Source of the DNA: Cercozoa sp. M6MM
Lineage: Eukaryota; Protista; Endomyxa: Ascetosporea
Reading direction: 5' to 3' (one strand)
Length of the DNA stretch: 34,724 nt
Assembly: GCA_040357565.1 (NCBI GenBank)
Contig: JBDODJ010000119.1
The notes beneath the pieces are model-generated. The model was given only the letters and a program-made list of their open reading frames with translations, had not been told where the DNA came from and did no database searches. A program made the position numbers and the translations under genes. This document shows, piece by piece, positions 25,214-34,724 of the stretch; position 1 is the stretch's first letter; every line of letters starts with the position of its first letter.

Positions 25214-26111
25214 CCCCGTGCAAAGTAATCAAGCGACATGAAGGCAGCTGTACGGGTCGACCGAAATGATGCGCCACTTGGTCCGGAAAGCGAAGAGCGC
25301 ACCCTGTCAGTATCAATGCAGTGTTCAATGCAGTGTTGAGATGCGTTGCAACGAATCAGTCTGGGGAAAGTACGCAGCGAGGAGTCGAACCGTCGCCGAC
25401 AACGACACACGTGACCTCTGCACATGCGCATGACTTGCACCCAGCACAAACGCACACAGATCCACAAGGCTCAGCGAGAGTACTCGGGTCGTTAAAGTTG
25501 ACAACTTTCTTTCGCAACTGAAAGCGCGCCGCCTTGAATGCAGCCACACTCTCACTGATCTGTGCACAGTGAGCTTTCGTCATTCACAAGAACACACAGA
25601 CACACAGACACACAGACACACAGACACACACACACAGACACACACACACACAGACACACAGAGTGTTGTAAGCAAGTACCTCCTTGGCGTCCGGGAACAC
25701 GCCGAGCAGCAGCAGATCCGGCGCGCACTTCATCTGCGACAAACGAAAAGTCACAAACACAAAAGGAACCCACTGTCGGTACCTGCACAAAGTCGTCGAG
25801 ATGGCGCACCTTCAGCTTGCGCGGTTCAGCCTCGTCGTTGCCCTGCTCAAAATGAAGTACAAGACTGCTTCGAAACAGCACACACACACACAAGTACCTG
25901 TCTGTCCGAAATGAAGGGCGGCATCAGCTGCTTCACATGGCCTCCTCCACGCGAACTGTCACGCAGGTACTAAGGACAGCTCATACCCAGTACCGTACTA
26001 TTCCATCAATCTTCGATACTGATGGTGATGTACCCATGCGATCAGTGCGCTAAAAACAGCACCGCCAGCGAAGCCAGCCGTCACAAGCAATGCGGTCGGT
26101 TGTTTAGACAT
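24368..26111 (-). CDS. Conserved hypothetical protein, SAM-methyltransferase-like fold, N-terminal hydrophobic anchor
   Basis: Spliced motifs LGVFPDAKEISES, VTCVVVGDGSTPRCGALFAFRTKWRIISVDP, VFVALHAHV, AVMAMPCC, YEDLSVFGGQRNMRVW. The beta-strand-VGDG, SVDP, LHA and MPCC pattern is reminiscent of class I methyltransferases. Confidence 0.7.
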
Positions 26112-26297
26112 GCTGACACACGTTAAATGCTGTTCAAAGCCTCTATTTTTCGATTCATACTTGATTGTAGCCAGCAGTCAAGAGAACTGCAGTGTTTTGA
26201 CTGTTTAGGCGGTGCTTACTAGTGTGCTGTATTGATCGGACAAGACCTGGTTGTTGGAGCGTCTGATTGTACTCGGAAAAGTGGAGAAAAAGAAGAA

Positions 26298-27256
26298 ATG
26301 TCAGAGAAACCGGAGCTGATCCTCGGCTCGAGCAGTATTTTTCGGCAGCGCTTCATGTACACCCCGAGTCTACCAAGGATGCAGTGACTTGGAGCAGTGT
26401 GAGAGATCAGTGCACACTGCAGGAAGGACTGGGGCCTGCCGCACACGATCGCAACGGCAGACATCGACGAGTATAGCATTGTGGGGTTTCTGTGCTTCTC
26501 GTAGGGGGGGGGGGGGGGGGGTAAGAGTCAAGTAAGTGATGGAGACTGAGCAGGTGCCGCACGGTGTGTCTCTGGAGAAACGTGCGCGATGTGACCCGCA
26601 CTCGTTGACGACGGCCATCGCATGCGCCAAGGCCGATGCCATTATGCAGAAGCTGTCCTCTGAGTAACTTATACTCGTATCCCTCTCCTTACCCCTTGTA
26701 CCCGCCTTTTACCCCGACCCTAGAGGCCAAGGCGTGCCGAGAAACGCGCTGCTGATCTGCTCGGACCAGGTGTCGGTGTACAAGGGCGAGATTCGCGAGA
26801 AGCCCTCCTCGGAACAGCAGTGTCGCCAGTAGCTTGTCTCACTGTGCATGTACCTATATGTCCAATGTGTGTGTGTTTGCAGGTGGCTACACGAGTACTC
26901 GGAAGCCCCAGTGTACGCCGTTACGGCCATTGTCGTCGTCGACCTGCGCACGGGCCAGCGATGTACCGTGTTGCCTCCTATCCTATGTTACCTTTGACCC
27001 CCCCCGGTTGACAGTTGTCGAGACTGGTGTGGGTGAGGAGTTGTTCCGGCCCTTCACGGAGCAGGCGCTGTCGCAACTGTTCGAACAGGGCGAGGTGCTG
27101 CTGTGCGCCGGCGGTTTCATCAACAACGAGATCTCGGCGCCCTTCGTCGAGCGACGCTTGCCCGAGCTGTCCTACCTGGTCGGCTTCCCGCGCGCCGTGC
27201 TCACCTCGCTGCTGACGCGCGCCGGCTACCAGACGCCGCAGTGCCAGGACAACTGA
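26298..27256 (+). CDS. Maf-family nucleotide pyrophosphatase (YceF-like)
   Basis: LILGSSSIFR, ADIDE, AKADAI, LLICSDQV, IREKP, CAGGF, LVGFP; 5 introns. Confidence 0.9.
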
Positions 27257-27457
27257 ACTGAAATGAGCTGCGTATGCCCCCGGTTGGCCCGACGTTTTTG
27301 AAACTGCCTGCCGTAATTATTTACCCTCGGGTTGTTTTTTAGTTGTGACGATCGGAATTAGCCCGTACAGAAAAAAAAGTACTGCGACTACACGTTGGCT
27401 TTTTTTCTTTTCTGCGGAAACCGAACGAAAAAGCAAAAACCAAAAACTCGTGTCGAC

Positions 27458-27462
27458 AAAAA
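27458..27462 (-). terminator. RNA polymerase III oligo-T terminator of the tRNA-like gene
   Basis: TTTTT on the minus strand immediately after ...CGACAACAC, with more T runs further downstream. Confidence 0.75.
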
Positions 27463-27463
27463 G

Positions 27464-27617
27464 TGTTGTCGCCCGGACTCGAACCGGGATCCACTCGCAC
27501 TACCCACGGGCTTAATGGCGGCTCTAGAACGAGCAGCCTCCAGTTTCGTAGAAGAAATTTGATGTTCGATGGAGCCCCGAAGGGCAGATGAGCGCTCTAC
27601 CATTGAGCTACGACAAC
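27464..27617 (-). ncRNA. tRNA-like Pol III RNA (154 nt) with an 82-nt structured expansion of the anticodon arm; isotype not assignable
   Basis: GTTGTCG/CGACAAC acceptor stem (7/7 Watson-Crick) plus A73; TA; D arm GCTC-AATGGTA-GAGC (A box); T arm CCCGG-TTCGAGT-CCGGG (B box); T5 terminator 1 nt downstream; 99 nt between D arm and variable loop instead of 17. Confidence 0.85.
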
Positions 27618-27893
27618 AATACATCTAGGTTGCGGGTGGTGTTGTTGCACCTGGAATGCAAAGTTTGCATTCTGGAGATATCATGGGTTAGGTCAGTTCC
27701 GCAGGTACTAGCCCATGCGAGCGGGAGGGGCATGTCGCTAGACAGTTTGCTGTCCAGTGCTATCTATGCTTGCACCAGTCTATGCTTAAGCATAGGGCAT
27801 CCAACTCCCTTTTCACAGGCAAGGTTGGTATATCGTATTACTTTCCATCGGTGTAGAATTAATTGGAGCTAGGCGCAAGCTTTCGCAAGGCAG

Positions 27894-29789
27894 TTAAAGC
27901 TCCCAGTTGCGGCGGCACTTGCGCGTCTTGTCGCTGCCGACGGCCGGCTCGATGGCGTCCAGCACTGCCTTAACTTCTGCAACAAGGGAGGCGGGTATAT
28001 GGATAGATAGATGGATAGATAGATAGATAGATATCGCTAGATAGGCGAGCAAGAGACAGAGGATGGACAGAAAGACAGATGGATAGACAGAAAGACAGAT
28101 AGAGAGAGGAGCACCCTGCAAGACAGGCTCGTCGAGACAGAGTCGCAGCATGCCAAAGTGCGTGAGACGCGAGATGTGCCACAGCAGGCCGAGACACTTG
28201 GCCGGTGCTTGCTCGGTCGGCACGAAGCTGTCGTTGTTGTGACTCTTGTCCGGGCCGAGGCACAGGAAGCCGTCGGTGTTGTCGAAGCGGCGGCGCAGGA
28301 GCGACACGAGGCGGCCGAGCTGCGCGGCGTCGAACCAGTGACTGGAGAGCCAGGCGGCCAGGCGGCGCGACGGCACGGCCAGCACCAGGCGCAGCAGCAC
28401 GCGCGCCGACCGCGACGCGAACACGCGCATCAGATCGAAACCACTGCGCACCTCCATCGGCTCCACCGCCTTCTCCGACTCTTCTGCAAAGCTTCCGCTC
28501 TTCTCCGACTCTTCTGCAAAACTTCCGCTCTTCTCCGACTCTTCTGCAACAGTGCCGCTCGCTTGCGTCACCACTGCGGCGATCTCGTCGCTTTCAGCCA
28601 CGGTTTCGCTGGTGCGATCGACGGCGTGATCAACCGTTTCGCTGATGTGATCGGATAGATCCACGGTGCGATCGGAGGAGGCCATCGCCGAGTCGATCAC
28701 GGTGATAGGAATCGCTCGGAAATCGTCGTCGGCCTCGTCCAGCACCTGCAGCGGCACGGCGCGCCACTCTGCTCGGACAGTTCGTGTGCGTATGCATGTG
28801 TGTGTGTGTAAGTGCAAGTATATAGACATGTAATTATATATCTACGAATGTGTGTGTGCATGTGTGCGTGCGTGTGTGTGCGTATGTATGTGTGTGTATG
28901 TGTGTGTGTATGTGTGTGTATATGTATATGTATATATCTACGAATGTGTGTGTGTGTATGCGTGTGTGCAAGTATATCAATATATATATATATCTATCTA
29001 TATATATGTATATGTATATATCCATGAATGTGTGTGTGTGCATGTATATTTATGTATACAATATATATTATATACATATATATATCCATGAATGTGTGTG
29101 TGTGTGTGTGTGTGTGCATGTATATTTATGTATATAATATATATTATATACATATATATATACATATATATATGTGTGTGTGCGTGTGTGTGTGCATGTA
29201 TATTTATGTATATAATAAATATTATATACATATATATATATATATATATGTGTGTGTGCGTGTGTGTGTGTGTGTGTACCGGAATGTTCGGTGCCAAAGT
29301 GTCGCCGCAACTTCTGTCGCACGCGGCTTCCGGCGGATTTCGCTTTCGCTTTTTTCGCCTTTTTCTGTGTTGTTTGCGTTTTCGCATCGTGCGGATTCTC
29401 ACATCGTTGGATGCCCTTCTGCAGGCAAGAAAACACACACACAAATACACACGGATAGTTCAGTCGAGTGAGTTGAGGAACAGTTGCACCAGTGCGAGTT
29501 GCGACAAGGAACTAGTGTCGCCAATCACTGTTTGCGAATGCAGTATCAGAAACAACATGAAAGAAAACACAAGTGCACACCTTTGCACAATCTAATCGCT
29601 TCCTTGAATGATGCAATGGCCTGTTTATGCTGCTTGCTGAAGAATACAAACGTAGACACAACAGTCATTGTTACAGCTATGCTTGTACAGTTTCTCAAAG
29701 GCAGTGCCACGTCGAAGGTTCACTTTAGCGTCCAGTCGCGTCACTGCGTGTGTGCTTGTGTGTGTGTGTTTTTGTGTGACTTGTACGTG

Positions 29790-29838
<49 letters not shown>

Positions 29839-29848
29839 NNNNNNNNNN

Positions 29849-29903
<55 letters not shown>

Positions 29904-30734
29904 ACCGGCAGAACAGTCGAGAGCGAGACACGCATCGCAGTCGGCGATCGCTTGCTGCAGCCGCTGGCGCTGAAAATGCGCCGCCGCACGATTCGAAAAC
30001 AGCGTTTTCAACAGCTGCGTCTGCGGAAGAAACCAATCGGAGAATCCAAGTCGCAAAAACTGTTAAAACTCACGTCGTGTGACTCGTCAGTCGAAGCAGT
30101 CGACAGGTTCAAAGCTGACGTGTATACCGAGACTGCTTCGTCGTACATTCTGCACAACGGTACAACGACAGCTGTAAAGACAACACAGGAGGGAGAAACG
30201 AACGAGTTAAAGCCTACTTCCGGCCGAACAGTGCGTTGCCTTGTTCCTTCAGTTGCTGCACCTCGTTCTTCCGCACCTGTTGAAACAACCGTCAGTTTCA
30301 CTGAACAAAACACTATTTTGGGAAGAAAGCACGTGTTGCGACAACTCAGGCGTGACGGCTTGCGCATCTTTTAGACCCGACGTGTCCACGATGCTGTCGC
30401 TTTTGGGAGCCTATAAATAAGCATGGACATTGAAACACCGAAGAAAGAAGAAGTGAAAGCTCGCGTTGCTTCAAACGAAAAGAATGAAACCTGCGATGTC
30501 AGCGTTATTTGCGCCGAGTTTCGAATCGGAAAGTCTTTGCTTTTCGTGCTCTGCGCTTTCTTCGCTTTGTTCCTCGCTGCAGCACATCAGCACTCACAGC
30601 AACACACACTCAGGGGAGTCTGAGGAGTCAAACTCACCTGCACTGTTGGAGAAGGAGTTTATGTCGTCACAAAAGCTACGCATGGCCGTTGCGTTCTCTC
30701 GCAACTGTCGTTGCAGCATCTGCATGCCCGACAT
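27894..30734 (-). CDS. RPAP3: RPAP3/SPAG1-like R2TP co-chaperone (TPR + RPAP3_C domain)
   Basis: N-terminal MQMLQRQLRENATAMRSFCDDINSF and FPIRN (RPAP3-like); carboxylate-clamp TPR LKEQGNALF...YDEAVSVYT...LFSNRAAAH...AIADC...KVNLRRGTA; C-terminal helical domain resembling RPAP3_C. Confidence 0.8.
29839..29848. other. Assembly gap (10 N) within an (AG)n microsatellite
   Basis: N run. Confidence 1.
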
Positions 30735-30971
30735 GGTGCCTGCCCCAAAGCAAACATCCACAAACACAAACACACGAAAGACAGATCGGCAACGCACAGA
30801 GCTTGCAAGTCTGGTCCGTGAGACCAAATAGCAATCACAGTCCGCTAAAGCGAGTCACGCCTCCTCTAAGAGTGCGGGGGACTTCAATTCTCTCGCCAAG
30901 TGGTCGGACGAATACCGAAAAACAATAAACCCAGATCTGTAGGGCACAACGCGTCACAGCTAATCTCAGCA

Positions 30972-32463
<1,492 letters not shown>

Positions 32464-32953
32464 AGACCTTGAGATTTAAACTATTCGCGCTCCTTTTCAT
32501 TCGCTTAACCCTCATTCCTAAACAATAAAACGGGAAACACCCTTATCCTGCTACAGAATGCGGGATGAATCCAGGCAGACCAGTTAGTCTTCTATCTTGG
32601 AAGCAAAGAGAAAGATTAAGAGTTTGACCCAGTTCATTGACGACTTGTTGTTCTTTTATTTCAAGTGTGCCAGATTGCAGTTTTTTCCACCGGCGACCGT
32701 CGAAACAATCCACTCCTCCGCTCCCTTAACGAGTCCTGCCAGAGCCAGCACTGTGCTCAGAATTCGCAGCGTAGCGCACCTCACCCGTCTGCACAGCGCG
32801 TGTAGCACCGTGATTAGTTGTGCTGTGGGCTGGAGACAACTATAAAGCGATCTGGTCAGTCGGGACGGCTGATCGGTCGACTCTCGTCAGTCACTCAAGG
32901 AAACCCCGAGGACAGGCTTGTGGGTGACCGTAGTGCTCGCTGCCTACATAGCC

Positions 32954-34724
32954 ATGTCTCCGCGCATGGAGACAGAGGAGGCACGGGAGTTACTTGTGGT
33001 ACGAAAATTGCTGCTTAGTGCTTGTATTTGTACCTTTCTTGTGGGCTCAATCGATACCAAATTCAAACGACTTTGTGTGAGTTTAGCTCATTTCTGGCTG
33101 GTTTCTATCAAGTGTGCTCGCTGCCTACACCGGCAAGACACTACTGCATCAGTTGACGAGTGCGGTGCAATTGTAACCCATCTTATCCTGCAGTTCAGTT
33201 GAGTTGTTCAGTTTAATTTATCGCTTCAACTTGATTCGGGCAGGAGTGTCATCCAGTCGCTGTTTTCTGCAGTCGTCGGTGTCTGTGTCATGCTTGCCTG
33301 GCAGAAACGAGTGTCTGTGCTGTCTCCCAGGGACATTGCGACAAAAATCGCTCCGCTCGCTCTCTTTCAGTCATCTTGTATTGAGATCAATCTTGTTTCT
33401 TTCTTGCTCAGTAAAATTTAGTCTTGGTTAACATGGGCAAGTGTGTGCACAGATTCGGTGAACTACAATGTCGCAATGCGTCACGTGCCAGTTTCATACT
33501 GTAGCGTTCTGTGTCAATTTTACTTTCAGTTTGGCGAGTTGATTTTGGCATTTGTCTCTGGCAGTGAACACTGTCAAGACGAGCATTCCGATCTACACGG
33601 TGCAGATGTGTCTACTAAAGAGTCCGTACGAGTGTCTGGGGTGTCTAAGGTCTGATGACTTGACGTTTGGCCGTTGTTTTGCTGCTGGGACAGTGCGTGT
33701 TGTGCCGGTTGTATTTTTCTCCTGATCGCAAGTTCTCCTTGCTGACGTGTATGTGCTTCTTTACGCTTTCGTATTTCCGTCTTGGCTTCCTGTCGCTCCT
33801 TTATATCCCTGTCACTTCTTTATCCCCCTGCTACCCGATTTCCCATGTTGACCTTTTGGTTCAGACGTGTCGCTCGCTGTCTTGTTGGGCGGAATCGTTA
33901 TGGCGTCGCTCTATGGTATAGTACTTATGAAGAGGTGTGCCTAGAGAGGACAGCAACACACACCCATTGGTTAACAGAGCCAAACTTTGCGTGGCTCGGT
34001 CTCTTTTTCGCCAGTTTCTCGGCCCTGTCGCAGTCGCTGTTTAACCTGTAACTTCATTGGTTAAACATGGCTCTATACCCCTTCCCTCTGAGCCATGTTT
34101 ACCCCTTACCTCCCTTAACCCCTCGTTACCTCCCTGTGATCATCGATGTCGAAACAGAGCAACGAAGAAACTAATGTCGCAAGCGAAACATGGCTATCAG
34201 TATCATGTTCTCGCTCGTGTGTGTGCGTGTTTCTTGGTATTTGTGTGCACGTCCGCGCTGACAGAAAGCTGACGCAGGTGTCGCTGAATGCAACGGAGGA
34301 ACTCGATCAGATTTCGCTCTTGTTTTACAATTCGTGCGTGTCGCTCGTCTTTATGGTTTCACCTCCTTGTTTACCCCCCTGTTTGCCCCCCTGTTTGCCC
34401 CCCTGTTTACCCCCCTGTTTGCCCCCCCTGTTTGCCCCCCTGTTTACCCCCCTGTTTACCCCCCTGTTTACCTCCTATATGCCTTGTATTAAACCCCCTG
34501 GTACAGGTGCCGCTGCTGGTGCTCGTGCCGTTGCCGTCGGCGGCGCCGTCGGTGTCGCTGCTGCTGCTGACGGGAGGAACTTACTACGCCGAGACTCTCT
34601 TCACCTACCTACTCTTGTAGAGAGCATTTTACCCCCTTTACCCCCCTTACCCCCTTACCCCCTTTACCCCTCCCACTTCCCAGCTTCACCGGCTCACCCT
34701 ACCCCTTTATCCCACTTTACCCCC
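32954..34724 (+). CDS. Triose-phosphate/nucleotide-sugar transporter family (SLC35E-like), 3' truncated by window
   Basis: Exon fragments SVNYNVAMRHVPVS, VNTVKTSIPIYT and VSLAVLLGGIVMASLY|EPNFAWLGLFFASFSALSQSLFNL|ATKKLM match TPT-family motifs (TIKAxEP; GGVALAS-ELNF-W-GF; N-SKKLM). Confidence 0.75.
34364..34724. repeat. Intronic C-rich arrays: (TTTACCCCCCTG)-type 12-mers at 34364-34475 and TTACCCC-type repeats at 34628-34724
   Basis: Directly visible. Confidence 0.85.

Noticed and set aside
27464-27617. Ordinary intron-containing tRNA-Gly(GCC), tmRNA, or hammerhead-containing tRNA
   Set aside because: The Gly product has a broken anticodon stem, C37 and wrong acceptor identity. There is no G3-U70 or recognisable tag frame and a full D stem is present (unlike tmRNA). 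CGAAAC is present but the CUGAnGA core is not. A degenerate intron-tRNA is not fully excluded.
34628-34724. Telomere at window end
   Set aside because: Units are irregular TTACCCC rather than a uniform CCCTAA-type array, follow a GT donor, and the same repeats occur in other introns.

Overview
Gene-dense, intron-rich nuclear DNA from a eukaryote, most likely a protist; I cannot name the organism from sequence alone. The six-frame ORF track is mostly misleading because exons are short. Splicing by eye (GT-AG introns, mostly 50-90 nt, many expanded by micro/minisatellites, standard genetic code) gives about 15 protein genes. In order: an unknown 5'-truncated gene, an RWD-like/RING-like protein, APC5-like, ceramide synthase, DUF4833, Rab32/38-like, mitochondrial Met-tRNA formyltransferase, PRMT1, a GATA factor, a phosphagen (arginine-kinase-like) kinase, a methyltransferase-fold hypothetical, Maf, RPAP3, NDUFV2 and a 3'-truncated TPT/SLC35E transporter. 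The standout is a 154-nt Pol III-type tRNA-like gene (27464-27617, minus). Its acceptor, D and T arms are perfect, but the anticodon arm is replaced by a 99-nt multi-hairpin domain that does not splice to a convincing normal tRNA. Also notable: donors are mostly GTAC and lack +5G, intronic C-rich TACCCC repeats are sense-biased, there is a MITE-like inverted repeat, and a ~70-bp element recurs behind two mitochondrial-protein genes. All gene models are manual and unverified by RNA data.
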